Notes under the pieces: model-generated
Seen by the model: only the letters and a program-made list of their open reading frames with translations
The model's database searches: none
What the model was told of the DNA's origin: nothing
Source of the DNA: Escherichia phage vB-Eco-KMB26
Strand: one strand, 5' to 3'
DNA length: 64,000 nt
Sequence record: OR539218.1
Position numbers and translations under genes: made by a program
Shown: in pieces, positions 41,949 through 51,865 of the stretch
Layout: the number at the start of each line of letters is the position of its first letter
Numbering within the stretch: the stretch's first letter is position 1

Positions 41949-42419
41949 TTAATCATGTGTCCACACCCCATCGGTATTTGACCAAAGTCGCTGATTATCT
42001 GATCCTCGCCACAGCTTTTTGGTCGGAAGATTTTTCTCATACTTCCCATCAATAATAACATCAACATATTTAAGCATTTCTAGCTGTTTAATATCTTCAA
42101 ACTTATATCCTGTCCACAACCAAATGCTTTTATTGGGATAAAGATTTTTAATAGTTTGAACCACAGAGTGAATCACGTCTCTGTTATCAGGATAAAGAGG
42201 GTCACCTCCGGTTATAGTTAATCCTTCTATATAATCATTATTCAAACATTCAATCAATTGTTCTAGTGTTTCACCAGTGAATGGAATACCATTTCTAGCA
42301 TTCCATGTTGATTTATTATAACACCCTTCGCATTTATGCAAACAACCTGTAACGAAAAGAACGACCCTGCAACCAGGGCCATTCACAAAATCGCAAGGAT
42401 AAAATCTATCATAATTCAT
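41949..42419 (-). CDS. nrdG: anaerobic ribonucleotide reductase activating protein NrdG (radical SAM)
   Basis: 156 aa with a Cys cluster CLHKCEGC. Confidence 0.85.
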   Translation of the reverse strand: MNYDRFYPCDFVNGPGCRVVLFVTGCLHKCEGCYNKSTWNARNGIPFTGETLEQLIECLNNDYIEGLTITGGDPLYPDNRDVIHSVVQTIKNLYPNKSIWLWTGYKFEDIKQLEMLKYVDVIIDGKYEKNLPTKKLWRGSDNQRLWSNTDGVWTHD

Positions 42420-44233
42420 TGATGCTTAACCCTATGCATGATTTCTTTATTTTTGCCGAGATTAAATCCGCGTTCGTTCGGATTTCCCAAATAACCACAT
42501 GTTCTTCTTATTGTGTTCATCTTTTTAGGATCAGTTTCTCCACAAATAGAACAAACAAATCCGTTTTCAGTAGGAGTCATTTCATGGGTACTTCCACATG
42601 TAAAACATTTATCTACTGGCATATTAACACCAAAATAATCTAAATGTTGTGCAGCATAATCCCAGACAGCCTCAAGACCTTTTAGGTTATTTTTCATATC
42701 AGGAAGTTCAACATAAGAAATGTGACCACCTGTCGCAATGAAATGATATGGCGCTTCACGAGAAATTTTTTCAAACGGAGTAATATTTTCTTCTACTGAA
42801 ACGTGGAAACTATTAGTATACCAGCCTTTATCGGTAACATCTTTTACACTTCCATATTTTTCTGTATCAAGTTTACAGAAGCGATAACAAAGGTTTTCAG
42901 CAGGAGTCGAATATAAACTAAAAGCAAACCCAGTTCTTTCAGCCCACTGTTTAAGACGAGCATTCATTTTAGTTAAAATTTCTTGTCCAATATCACGACC
43001 AACAAGAATATTCAATTCATGAATACCAATGTATCCTAAAGACACTGAACTTCTACCGTTTTTAAATAACTCAATTATGTCGTCATCAGGTTTAAGACGA
43101 ACCCCGAATGCACCTTCTTGGTAAAGAATAGGAGCAACAGTCGCTTTAACTCCTTTTAAGGAACTAATTCTACACATCAAAGCTTCAAAACATAAATCCA
43201 TTCGCTCATTGAACAATTCAGTAAATTTCTGTTCATTGAACTGTGTTCCAATATAAGAATCCAACGCAATACGAGGAAGATTCAGTGTTACAACACCAAG
43301 ATTATTACGTCCATCAAGAATTTCATTACCGGTTGAATCTTTCCACGCACTCAAGAAACTGCGGCAACCCATTGGAGAAACAGGAATAGATGAGCCGGTG
43401 ATAGCTTTATTGTTCTTAGCTGAAATAATATCAGGATACATCCTTTTGCTTGCACACTCTAGAGCAAGCTGCTTAATATCATAGTTCGGATCGTCTTTAT
43501 AAAGATTAACACCTTCTTCAACGAACATAACAAGCTTAGGGAAAATAGGAGTTATCCCATCACGACCGAGACCTTTAATACGATTTTTCAGAATTGCTTT
43601 CTGAATCATTCGTTCAGTCCAGTCAGTTCCCGTACCAAATGTAATTGTTACAAAAGGAGTCTGTCCGTTTGAACTAAAGAGAGTATTTACTTCATATTCA
43701 TAAGCTTGGAATGCATCGTATACATCTTTTTCTGTTTTAGATTGAGCATAATTTAACGCATCAGCGATTTGCCATTTTTCTGCATCCTCAATATGTTTTG
43801 CATAGGTGCGTTTAACATAAGGAGAAAGTATTTTATCTACATTCGCAAAAGTCGTTCCGCCGTATTGGTGAGAAGCAACTTGCGCAGTAATTTGTGCCAT
43901 AATTGCAGTAGCAACGCCAATTGATTTAGGAGTTTCAATCTGTGCATTACCAAGCTTAAATCCGTTTTCAAGCATTCCTTTTAAATCTACTAAACAACAA
44001 TTAGTAAATGGAAGAGCAGGGGAATAATCAATATCATGGAAATGAATAATTCCGCTTTCATGCGCTTTCATAATAAAAGACGGGACCATATTTTTGGCAA
44101 TGTGTTTAGACACAATACCAGCCATAAGGTCCCGTTGAGTTGGAAAAACACGAGAATCTTTATTAGCATTCTCGTTTAAAAGGTCTTTATTAGTTTTATG
44201 AATCAATCCTTCAATTTCTTTTTCAATTGTCAT
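42416..44233 (-). CDS. nrdD: anaerobic ribonucleoside-triphosphate reductase NrdD, intron-less
   Basis: 605 aa continuous ORF with C-terminal glycyl-radical motif RRTCGYLG and zinc ribbon CFTCG...CSICG. Confidence 0.9.
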   Translation of the reverse strand: MTIEKEIEGLIHKTNKDLLNENANKDSRVFPTQRDLMAGIVSKHIAKNMVPSFIMKAHESGIIHFHDIDYSPALPFTNCCLVDLKGMLENGFKLGNAQIETPKSIGVATAIMAQITAQVASHQYGGTTFANVDKILSPYVKRTYAKHIEDAEKWQIADALNYAQSKTEKDVYDAFQAYEYEVNTLFSSNGQTPFVTITFGTGTDWTERMIQKAILKNRIKGLGRDGITPIFPKLVMFVEEGVNLYKDDPNYDIKQLALECASKRMYPDIISAKNNKAITGSSIPVSPMGCRSFLSAWKDSTGNEILDGRNNLGVVTLNLPRIALDSYIGTQFNEQKFTELFNERMDLCFEALMCRISSLKGVKATVAPILYQEGAFGVRLKPDDDIIELFKNGRSSVSLGYIGIHELNILVGRDIGQEILTKMNARLKQWAERTGFAFSLYSTPAENLCYRFCKLDTEKYGSVKDVTDKGWYTNSFHVSVEENITPFEKISREAPYHFIATGGHISYVELPDMKNNLKGLEAVWDYAAQHLDYFGVNMPVDKCFTCGSTHEMTPTENGFVCSICGETDPKKMNTIRRTCGYLGNPNERGFNLGKNKEIMHRVKHQ

Positions 44234-44703
44234 TTTAAACTCTTTCTAAGCTGCTTCTTGAATGAAGCTATTAATTGTGTTTTGGTGTCAGATTCATTAT
44301 ATTCAAATCCTCTTTGAAGCATCTCGGCCATCATTTCCTCTTTTCCGAAACGAGAAAATTCCTTTGATTTATCTCCAACAAAGTTAGGGTGAATATTATT
44401 TTGGGTGTAATCGGATTTTAAATAAGTAAGTAAATTTTCTAACCATTCAAGATAATCAACACCTTGTCCCTTTAAGCCAGAACGATTAAATTTATGCTTC
44501 ATTTGACCTTCTGCGGCATTGCATAGATTACAAAGCAATCCACGTACCTTTCCTGCTTTTGGTCCATTTAATTCATGGTCATGATCAAGATGATTAGCTT
44601 GAACATCAGGATTTAGTTCTCGTTGGCAAATTAAGCATTTACCGTTTTGTGCATTATAAAATTTTTGTTTTTCTTCTTTGTATAATTTGCCAGTCAATAA
44701 CAT
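44230..44703 (-). CDS. 49: endonuclease VII (Holliday-junction resolvase) gp49
   Basis: 157 aa, zinc-binding CLICQ...HLDHDHE...CNLCN; matches recalled T4 gp49. Confidence 0.9.
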   Translation of the reverse strand: MLLTGKLYKEEKQKFYNAQNGKCLICQRELNPDVQANHLDHDHELNGPKAGKVRGLLCNLCNAAEGQMKHKFNRSGLKGQGVDYLEWLENLLTYLKSDYTQNNIHPNFVGDKSKEFSRFGKEEMMAEMLQRGFEYNESDTKTQLIASFKKQLRKSLK

Positions 44704-44709
44704 AATAAA

Positions 44710-44735
44710 ACCCTTACCTTAAATAGATAAGGGTA
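44710..44735 (-). promoter_or_regulatory. stem-loop sequestering the gene 49 Shine-Dalgarno
   Basis: acccttA ... Taagggt inverted repeat (7-bp stem, 12-nt loop) overlapping AAGGTAAGGG just 5' of the ATG. Confidence 0.45.
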
Positions 44736-44745
44736 TTTATTATTT

Positions 44746-44922
44746 TTAAGTATTGTAAAACATTCGATGCAATCGTTTATACTGTCGAATCATCTTTTTA
44801 GTAGGACGAGAATAGGTTCCTACGCAAGTGGTCATATGAGGGTCCGTAGAATGTCCTTTAATAAAAAGTTTCCAAACCTTACCGCCATTTAACTTTTCAG
44901 TATAAACCAATTCGGTTTTCAT
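44746..44922 (-). CDS. small protein sharing its C-terminal 14 residues with the Pin-like ORF
   Basis: 58-aa ORF not in track ending ...KMIRQYKRLHRMFYNT, versus ...QKIRQYKRLHQMFYNT in the next gene. Confidence 0.4.
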   Translation of the reverse strand: MKTELVYTEKLNGGKVWKLFIKGHSTDPHMTTCVGTYSRPTKKMIRQYKRLHRMFYNT

Positions 44923-44958
44923 TAAAATGTCCTGTCAGAAAAAGAATTTTGAGTTTTT

Positions 44959-45444
44959 TCAAGTATTATAAAACATTTGATGCAATCGCTTATATTGCCG
45001 AATCTTTTGGTCAGAAAAAGAAATTTGAGTTTCAAGCCATTCAATGTACTCTGCGGCAGCTTGCATCAGGTTACCTTCATAGCCATCGTTATTTTCTTGT
45101 GCAGCTAATTTAGCTAATGCGTATGAAATACGTTCACCTTGAAAATCGGCTTTAGGCTTCTGAACAACTTGATTAGTTCGCTCTACAACTTCTTCAATTT
45201 CGCCATTTTCGACTGATTCAGTATTCCACAAGCACCAATACGTAATTGGCTTATCGTAGATGTTAATAATCTTTCCGTCGGAAAGTTCAATTTCAATAAT
45301 TCCAGTGTCAGGCTCTATATCATCTTCACATTCTTTTACAAGTTCACGAACTTTAAAGACAGTACCTGCACTAAGTTCCGGCCAGTAATTACATAGCCCT
45401 GTATCAACACGATTAATTCTAAACCACTTATCTACTGTAATCAT
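44959..45444 (-). CDS. pin: Pin-like protein (protease inhibitor position)
   Basis: Track ORF trimmed to the ATG after GGAG (161 aa, the size recalled for T4 Pin); identification is by position and size. Confidence 0.45.
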   Translation of the reverse strand: MITVDKWFRINRVDTGLCNYWPELSAGTVFKVRELVKECEDDIEPDTGIIEIELSDGKIINIYDKPITYWCLWNTESVENGEIEEVVERTNQVVQKPKADFQGERISYALAKLAAQENNDGYEGNLMQAAAEYIEWLETQISFSDQKIRQYKRLHQMFYNT

Positions 45445-45566
45445 GTCCCATCTCCATATCAATTAAGTCATTTATCGTTGGTTCATTATATACTGTTTCT
45501 TCATCAGTGTAAACCGGTTCTTCCGGCTCTGGCTCTACAGTTTCCCATCTAGCCGCCCACCAAGGT

Positions 45567-45737
45567 TTAACCCCGAAGCTTATTAAGTTCTTCATAATCA
45601 ATCCAGGATTCTAATCCTGATGGCAAATCAGATTCAATTTCCCAAAGAAGCTCTTCAATTTTCTGAAGACGATCTAGTTCTTCGGCTGGAATAGTAACCA
45701 TTGACGGAGCTCGTGATACATTAATATCGTAAATCAT
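45567..45737 (-). CDS. small acidic protein
   Basis: 56-aa ORF not in track (MIYDINVSRAPSMVTIPAEELDRLQKIEELLWEIESDL...). Confidence 0.35.
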   Translation of the reverse strand: MIYDINVSRAPSMVTIPAEELDRLQKIEELLWEIESDLPSGLESWIDYEELNKLRG

Positions 45738-45739
45738 AT

Positions 45740-45955
45740 TTACCCCAATTTAACCATACAATCGCCGTATTTCCACTTAGAAATAGACTTTTCACCATTA
45801 GAATAATAAACTTCGAGTTTAGCACGATTATTTTTAATTTGAATAACCTTGGCTGTCATCAAAGTTCCATACCCATAATAAACTGCAACTTCATCACCTA
45901 CATATACCGCGCTTCCGCGGTAATCATGAATATAGTCAGTTCCTTCGAGCATCAT
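45740..45955 (-). CDS. small hypothetical protein
   Basis: 71-aa ORF, 4-nt overlap with nrdC. Confidence 0.5.
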   Translation of the reverse strand: MMLEGTDYIHDYRGSAVYVGDEVAVYYGYGTLMTAKVIQIKNNRAKLEVYYSNGEKSISKWKYGDCMVKLG

Positions 45956-46215
45956 TTAAAATATTCTCGCAGTTGGTCAAATCCACCAATATGACTTCCA
46001 TCAGGAGCAAATACCTGAGGCATTGTCAAGCCGATTTGAGTATCACGACCTAGTTTAGTCAGAAGCTCAGCGATTTTCTCATCATCAAAAACACCTTTTT
46101 CCGGCATAATGTTGATAAATTCAAACGGCTGTTTCTTCACAGTCAAAAGACGTTTTGCATTATCGCAATACACGCATTTATGAATGTTGCTATCATAACC
46201 ATATACTTTAAACAT
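45952..46215 (-). CDS. nrdC: thioredoxin/glutaredoxin NrdC
   Basis: 87 aa with CVYC active site; matches recalled T4 thioredoxin. Confidence 0.9.
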   Translation of the reverse strand: MFKVYGYDSNIHKCVYCDNAKRLLTVKKQPFEFINIMPEKGVFDDEKIAELLTKLGRDTQIGLTMPQVFAPDGSHIGGFDQLREYFK

Positions 46216-46216
46216 A

Positions 46217-46459
46217 TTATTCCTTAATTCCTAGTACTTGTTTAAAAGTCTCGTCGTAATCAAGACTTTGGCCCGTTTGTTCTTTATGTTTGTATATAAT
46301 ATCACTTACTTCTGATAGCATATTTTTATATGAACGAGTTAAAGCAGATTTAAGCACGCTGTATCTATCAGGAAATTTACCGTGTTCATTATAATAAGCT
46401 ATTGCTAATTCACGGACTGCCTTTTCAGCAGCCTCCATATATTCTTTACGCTTGGTCAT
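46217..46459 (-). CDS. small hypothetical protein (nrdC.1 position)
   Basis: 80-aa ORF. Confidence 0.55.
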   Translation of the reverse strand: MTKRKEYMEAAEKAVRELAIAYYNEHGKFPDRYSVLKSALTRSYKNMLSEVSDIIYKHKEQTGQSLDYDETFKQVLGIKE

Positions 46460-46461
46460 TT

Positions 46462-46851
46462 TTAATCCAAAATATTATTAGGCATTGGTTGAACACTCAC
46501 AAGTTCTTTAAAGAACTCAGTAGAGTCAGGCAATTTAACCATTTCCGGAGCATGCTTACTGAATTTATGTTTACATTGACGGCATTTATATTCAAGCTCT
46601 GGTTTACGCCAGTTAATCAACTGAACTTGTTCAGTACCGCATTCAGGGCAATTAGGAACGTTTTTAGAAGCTCTTTCACGTCGTTCAACCATAGCCATAA
46701 TAGCATCCCATGCTGGAGGTTTAAAATCTAAATCGTCGCAGCCGTGAATCTTTCCACGCATTTCCATATCATCTTCCTCACCAGCCATAATAATTTTAAT
46801 TAAACTGGAATTACTTGAAGCTGCAATGTCTTCTAATAAACGCTTTTTCAT
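46462..46851 (-). CDS. zinc-ribbon protein (nrdC.2 position)
   Basis: 129 aa with CPECG...CRQC. Confidence 0.55.
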   Translation of the reverse strand: MKKRLLEDIAASSNSSLIKIIMAGEEDDMEMRGKIHGCDDLDFKPPAWDAIMAMVERRERASKNVPNCPECGTEQVQLINWRKPELEYKCRQCKHKFSKHAPEMVKLPDSTEFFKELVSVQPMPNNILD

Positions 46852-47777
46852 TTCAATACCTCAATAGCATTACGTAAACCATTTGCTTTTGCATTAAGAG
46901 CTTTTAACAATTTGGTGTGTTCTGCAATTTGGGCTTCAACTTCAATCAAACGGGCATTGAGATATTCACGTTCTTCACTCAGATTATCAACCTTTTCTAC
47001 TTTAGGCTCTTTTACAACTGTCTTATATGTATTAGGGTTCTTCAGTTTAATTAGAATGCGTGAACTGTACAGCATTGAATCATTATCTTCGGTTTCGTCA
47101 TACATTTCCACTACGTCCATCATCTCCACCATCGTGCAGAGTTTATAAGACAACGAACGAATAATTTTGTTGTGCTTATTAATTTCTCTAGCTGTCATGG
47201 TGCCGAGATTACGTGAGTAATAATAAGGAACCTGGATATTAATTAATACTGATGAACCACCTGGCTTGTGTGTTACTTCATCAGCAATAACCCAATCCTT
47301 AACATGAACTGTATTTGTACGGTCATCGCCCGCGGTAAATAGTTTACGAGCATGCTTAAAAAGCATATTCACTTGGTCATTGAATTGACAAGCGAATTTA
47401 TCAGCAAATTTAGTTTCGGGAATGGTAGATAACCAATCAGCCAAATGGGTCTTTTTAACATCGTTAACAATAGTAAATTCAACCAAATCGGTTATAGATG
47501 TCGCAGTTTTAATGAATCTCGGCTTCATAAAGTTTTTAATGTTATCGCGAGCTACAGTAGAAGATAACATACGAGAACGTTTAAACCATTCAAGTAAATT
47601 GCCTAACGAATGAGAATAAGCGTTCTGAGTATCTTTACAGATATGATTTTCCTGGCCAACATACTGAAGGAAATCACGAAGAATATTATTGATTACTGCT
47701 CTGTGTCCTATCTGATAATCACGATGTTTAGTAATAAGACTGTCAAAATAATCAATATAATGTTTACGAGTTTTCAT
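46848..47777 (-). CDS. hypothetical protein with C-terminal coiled coil (1 of 4)
   Basis: 309 aa; last ~40 residues heptad-rich ([40 protein letters not shown]). Confidence 0.6.
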   Translation of the reverse strand: MKTRKHYIDYFDSLITKHRDYQIGHRAVINNILRDFLQYVGQENHICKDTQNAYSHSLGNLLEWFKRSRMLSSTVARDNIKNFMKPRFIKTATSITDLVEFTIVNDVKKTHLADWLSTIPETKFADKFACQFNDQVNMLFKHARKLFTAGDDRTNTVHVKDWVIADEVTHKPGGSSVLINIQVPYYYSRNLGTMTAREINKHNKIIRSLSYKLCTMVEMMDVVEMYDETEDNDSMLYSSRILIKLKNPNTYKTVVKEPKVEKVDNLSEEREYLNARLIEVEAQIAEHTKLLKALNAKANGLRNAIEVLK

Positions 47778-47829
47778 ATTCTTCTCACTTGGTTAATGGT
47801 TTATACTCCGAGCCATCCTTGGCTTTAAA

Positions 47830-48831
47830 TTACTTAATTAACTGTAAAGCTTGTTCAAGACGATCAAGACGATTAACGGATTCTTCCCAAATCTTTTTAG
47901 CCTGCTCATATTCTTTCTGCGCTTTATTAGAAATTTCTAGAACTTCTTTATAAGCTTTTTCTAGTGCAATAACTTCTGGACGAATTTCTACTGGTTCAGG
48001 CGAATCGTCAAGACATTCCATTAGTTCCTCAAGGGTAGTTTCTTCTTTAGGAGTATTCACAATTTCATCACATTTTTGTTGGTAAATTTCTTTATCAGTC
48101 GGTGAGTACGCACACTTTACTTCACGGAGACTAACTACAATTTTATATCCTTCCCAACCGCATATATTCTTAAAAGGATAAGTATGAATATTTTCTACTG
48201 TTTCCATACAAAGTAATGCGGTCTCTAACTGACGAGTTATATCGCTAGCAATTGAGAAAAATTTATTAATGTTCTTTTGATTAGCTTCTGGTGTAAAAAA
48301 TTCATAATTCACAAAAATAGCTGCTTTATTTTTATCAAGCTCATATTCTTTTATGATAATCATATCAGAAGCCCAAGGATGGATTTGACGATAATCACCA
48401 TAGCATAATTTAGAAGTTGATTTTAGAATTTGCTTCTTGAAAAGTCTAAAATTACTAATCCAACGACGAGTAAAAATATTCTCAGGGTCTTCTTTATTAT
48501 TAAGATGATAAGAATTAACATCACCGAACCAACTGTATCCTACTACATCTTTAGTTCGTTTAATTTCTTTCCCAAATTTACCAAGAATATCTTGATTAAC
48601 TAAATATGAAAGAAGACGAGAACCTTTAAAAGTTTCCTTAATATCATCTTTATATTCGCGACTAGAAATTTTATGAACTTCATGAATAAATTTGCTTGAA
48701 GAAACAATACTTGCATCAATATTATTGAGCCATTGATTGATAATGGAAATAACACTATTCTGACTAAACACAGGTTTAACTTTATCATCAATAACGCTAT
48801 TGAATGATTTGATATATTCGTTACGAGTCAT
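47830..48831 (-). CDS. hypothetical protein with C-terminal coiled coil (2 of 4)
   Basis: Track ORF trimmed to the ATG after GAGGAG (333 aa) so the early promoter lies upstream. Confidence 0.6.
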   Translation of the reverse strand: MTRNEYIKSFNSVIDDKVKPVFSQNSVISIINQWLNNIDASIVSSSKFIHEVHKISSREYKDDIKETFKGSRLLSYLVNQDILGKFGKEIKRTKDVVGYSWFGDVNSYHLNNKEDPENIFTRRWISNFRLFKKQILKSTSKLCYGDYRQIHPWASDMIIIKEYELDKNKAAIFVNYEFFTPEANQKNINKFFSIASDITRQLETALLCMETVENIHTYPFKNICGWEGYKIVVSLREVKCAYSPTDKEIYQQKCDEIVNTPKEETTLEELMECLDDSPEPVEIRPEVIALEKAYKEVLEISNKAQKEYEQAKKIWEESVNRLDRLEQALQLIK

Positions 48832-48859
48832 ATTAATCTCCTCAGTAGAAAGTAAGAAC

Positions 48860-48889
48860 ATTATACCACATCCTTGTGGCAAAGTAAAC
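48860..48889 (-). promoter_or_regulatory. T4-type early promoter
   Basis: Minus strand GTTTAC, 17 bp, TATAAT, with ccacatccttgtgg inverted repeat in the spacer (near-identical to the one at 2418..2447). Confidence 0.6.
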
Positions 48890-49911
48890 TAGTTTAGTGC
48901 ATTTAGTGCATTGTTCAGTTTAGAACGTTGCTTCGTAAGATTTTTGACTTTTTCTTGAGCTTTTTCTAGCATCTTTTCAGCTTCTAGCACTTCATTAGTT
49001 GCTTTAACGAGTTCATCATCTACTGCCTTGATAGACTTCTCAATCGCATCCGCGTGCCATTTTTCAACAGGTTTAAGACTCGGATTTTCAATAGGAAGAA
49101 AATTCACTTTATTGAATTTCCATGCATCTTTATTACCTGAGCTATACATCCAAAATTTAGGATCGTTTGATGAGCAATTAGATAAATTTAAGTTATCTTG
49201 CACTTCCTGCTTTTTCTCTTGCGGGACTTCATCCTTTCTCAAAAAATCGTATTTAAATGAAACGATCATATCAAGTTCATACGTTGTTGTATGTTCCCAA
49301 TTTCGCTCAAAATGAGGTAAAATCTTAGACTGAACAGCGGCAACAACATCCATATACTTAAATGCTTCTGTCAACTGTGATTTAAGGCATTCACAAATTG
49401 AAAGAGAATTTTTTGTATTAGGTTTAAAGCTAATTCGTGCAGTTCTATTATTTTCTTTTAATGGTCTTACTTCCATCTGAAGAGTATAACCATCAAATTT
49501 CAGGTTCTTTAAGTTAATGTCAGAACCTTTTAATCGACTAGCCGTCGACAAAATTTGCTTTAATTGTTTACGGAATAGAGCAATAAATCTCCATTCAAGA
49601 CGGTAATGATTTGGATTAAAAAATCCTGTTGATAAATCAACCTTACTCTGACCAACGCCTTGAACAAATAGAGGATTTTTATAATCAATAGTTTTACAGA
49701 AATCGGTGAGCTGTTCGCGAGCAGTCATTTGCGTAATATATCCAGCTTTATCAAAATGTCGCAGCCATTCACTGCTATTCATATACTTAAAGTGATGAAT
49801 AACACGATTAACTTTATCAGGGTCTAAATTATTTTCACACAAAAATGTCATAACATCACGAGTATAGCTGGCATTACGAACCATATCTTCAATTTGAGAA
49901 CGAGTTTTCAT
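48889..49911 (-). CDS. hypothetical protein with C-terminal coiled coil (3 of 4)
   Basis: 340 aa; begins MKTR like 46848..47777; coiled-coil tail. Confidence 0.6.
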   Translation of the reverse strand: MKTRSQIEDMVRNASYTRDVMTFLCENNLDPDKVNRVIHHFKYMNSSEWLRHFDKAGYITQMTAREQLTDFCKTIDYKNPLFVQGVGQSKVDLSTGFFNPNHYRLEWRFIALFRKQLKQILSTASRLKGSDINLKNLKFDGYTLQMEVRPLKENNRTARISFKPNTKNSLSICECLKSQLTEAFKYMDVVAAVQSKILPHFERNWEHTTTYELDMIVSFKYDFLRKDEVPQEKKQEVQDNLNLSNCSSNDPKFWMYSSGNKDAWKFNKVNFLPIENPSLKPVEKWHADAIEKSIKAVDDELVKATNEVLEAEKMLEKAQEKVKNLTKQRSKLNNALNALN

Positions 49912-49919
49912 GGTGTTCC

Positions 49920-50828
49920 TTAAGATTTAAGTAAATCAACGATTTTAATTAATTTTTCACGCTCAGATTTAGCTTTACTACTCAATCCAGATAGTCTGAA
50001 AATTTCATCATCATATTGCTGAATAGAAATATTTAGCTCTTCAATCTGCTTATTAAAATAAGCAATTTGTTCAGAATGTTTTTCATTACTGCGAACTGGT
50101 ACAGGTTTTGTAGGTAATTTAGTTGAACTGGATTCATCTGGGCGATAAATTAAAATGCAATTTGAACCAATCGGACATTTAGCACCAGACACATATTCTA
50201 ATGTTCCGGCTTCTTTTAAAACTTCAAAAGCTAAACAGAGATGATGCCCCATATTAACATAATCTGTAGAGCGAGCTCTGATGTAATAATCATCTCCACG
50301 AGTACTAAATTTAAAGCATTTAAGGTCTTCTGTATTATTGGTCTTAAAAATCATTTGTTTATCTAGACCTTTAGCTAATCGAGCGCCTAATGCTAATAAT
50401 CGTCGTTGATTTTCCCACAAATCCGCAATCATTTGGTCAAATGATAATTTCGGCATTAGTCTACCATAAAGGTCATATCCTTTATTATAATTGCGAAGGA
50501 TTTCACTCGCATTAATACGAGACAACGCTCCAATTTTATTAAGGGCTTTCATGATGCGATTAGATAAACCCATTCCAGATCCGTTTGTTCGTTGCAAATG
50601 TTTATCTAACCCAAACCCAATATCAACTTTAAATTTATCTAAAATTTCAGCATGAACATCTCTGTCAATAACATTCAAATCCAAAGTTGGGTTAAATCTA
50701 TGAAAAAATTTATCTGGCTCTCCACGACGAAGTACAGTCCATTCATTTAATTTTTTATTAACTAAAGATTTAATTACTGCATTGACATTATTAATTACTA
50801 CTGACATATTTTCCTCACTCAATTTCAA
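49920..50828 (-). CDS. hypothetical protein with C-terminal coiled coil (4 of 4)
   Basis: 302 aa; coiled-coil tail. Confidence 0.6.
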   Translation of the reverse strand: MKLSEENMSVVINNVNAVIKSLVNKKLNEWTVLRRGEPDKFFHRFNPTLDLNVIDRDVHAEILDKFKVDIGFGLDKHLQRTNGSGMGLSNRIMKALNKIGALSRINASEILRNYNKGYDLYGRLMPKLSFDQMIADLWENQRRLLALGARLAKGLDKQMIFKTNNTEDLKCFKFSTRGDDYYIRARSTDYVNMGHHLCLAFEVLKEAGTLEYVSGAKCPIGSNCILIYRPDESSSTKLPTKPVPVRSNEKHSEQIAYFNKQIEELNISIQQYDDEIFRLSGLSSKAKSEREKLIKIVDLLKS

Positions 50829-51222
50829 TTTTACTAAATATACAGAATAAGATGGAACAGACTATATAAGCACCACACACAGATTGAACTAATACCATTC
50901 CAAAGAACCAAACAATATTATCAAACAATGTCTGTTTTACGTCGAAAGGACGTAAACTTACAGTAATATTATCGCCTTTTTCTATTGATGAATACATCTC
51001 TGGTGAAATATATTCACTAAATCTATAACCGTCTTTGAGTTCATATACGGCAATAAACGATAAACTAGACCCCTTTCCTTGAGTTCCTGTAAGGGTATTA
51101 ACTACAGTAACATCATAATCTTTATAATGCATATAATCATTAATTGCGTAATAACCATATGCAATTGCTATACATAAACAACATATCAATAAATTCAATC
51201 TTTTAATTATCAACTGTTTCAT
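50815..51222 (-). CDS. membrane protein (N- and C-terminal hydrophobic helices)
   Basis: 135-aa ORF. Confidence 0.55.
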   Translation of the reverse strand: MKQLIIKRLNLLICCLCIAIAYGYYAINDYMHYKDYDVTVVNTLTGTQGKGSSLSFIAVYELKDGYRFSEYISPEMYSSIEKGDNITVSLRPFDVKQTLFDNIVWFFGMVLVQSVCGAYIVCSILFCIFSKIEIE

Positions 51223-51277
51223 AATAATCTCAATTAAAAGGGCTTAGAACCATTATACCATCCTTGGTATAAAGCGG

Positions 51278-51805
51278 TTATGCGAGTACCGTCTTTAACC
51301 GTTCTTCAAACTTCCGAAGAGTATTCTGGCGTTCAGCTCTTTGCTTTTTGTAAGTTTCAATACGCTCTGAAATGAGAGTGTATCGTTCATTTACTGATTC
51401 TTTCATAAAATCAGGAATTTCACGAGAAGCTTTAATCTCATCAAATTTATCAATAACAGCTTGCTCTTCAGCAATTAAGTTATCATACATCAAAATATCT
51501 TTCTTGATGAACTCAATATCTTCTTGAGTTACACGAGATAATTTAGATGCTTTATCCTTTTTGTACTGTTCGTTAGTATCACGAGACCAGTGTAATGTAC
51601 GATTTTTATTCGTATTCTTGTAAATTTCTACAATACCAATCTCATCGATAATAACGATCCAATTCCAACGAGATTTGTAAATTTGTCCTCCGTCAACCGT
51701 GATTTCACCTCCGATTGAGATGTCATTAAAGAACTTACTTTGTGCTTCAGATTTAAATTTACCATCGTTGTAATTTACCAGGTTGAAAATATCTTTAGCG
51801 TTCAT
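51278..51805 (-). CDS. hypothetical protein
   Basis: 175-aa ORF directly downstream of an early promoter. Confidence 0.6.
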   Translation of the reverse strand: MNAKDIFNLVNYNDGKFKSEAQSKFFNDISIGGEITVDGGQIYKSRWNWIVIIDEIGIVEIYKNTNKNRTLHWSRDTNEQYKKDKASKLSRVTQEDIEFIKKDILMYDNLIAEEQAVIDKFDEIKASREIPDFMKESVNERYTLISERIETYKKQRAERQNTLRKFEERLKTVLA

Positions 51806-51833
51806 TTTGTGTTCCTCCGTAGTTGATAGTTGT

Positions 51834-51863
51834 ATAGTACCACAGAGGAACAGTCTTGTAAAC
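51834..51863 (-). promoter_or_regulatory. T4-type early promoter
   Basis: Minus strand GTTTAC, 17 bp, TACTAT, followed by ACAACTATCAAC. Confidence 0.55.
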
Positions 51864-51865
51864 CA

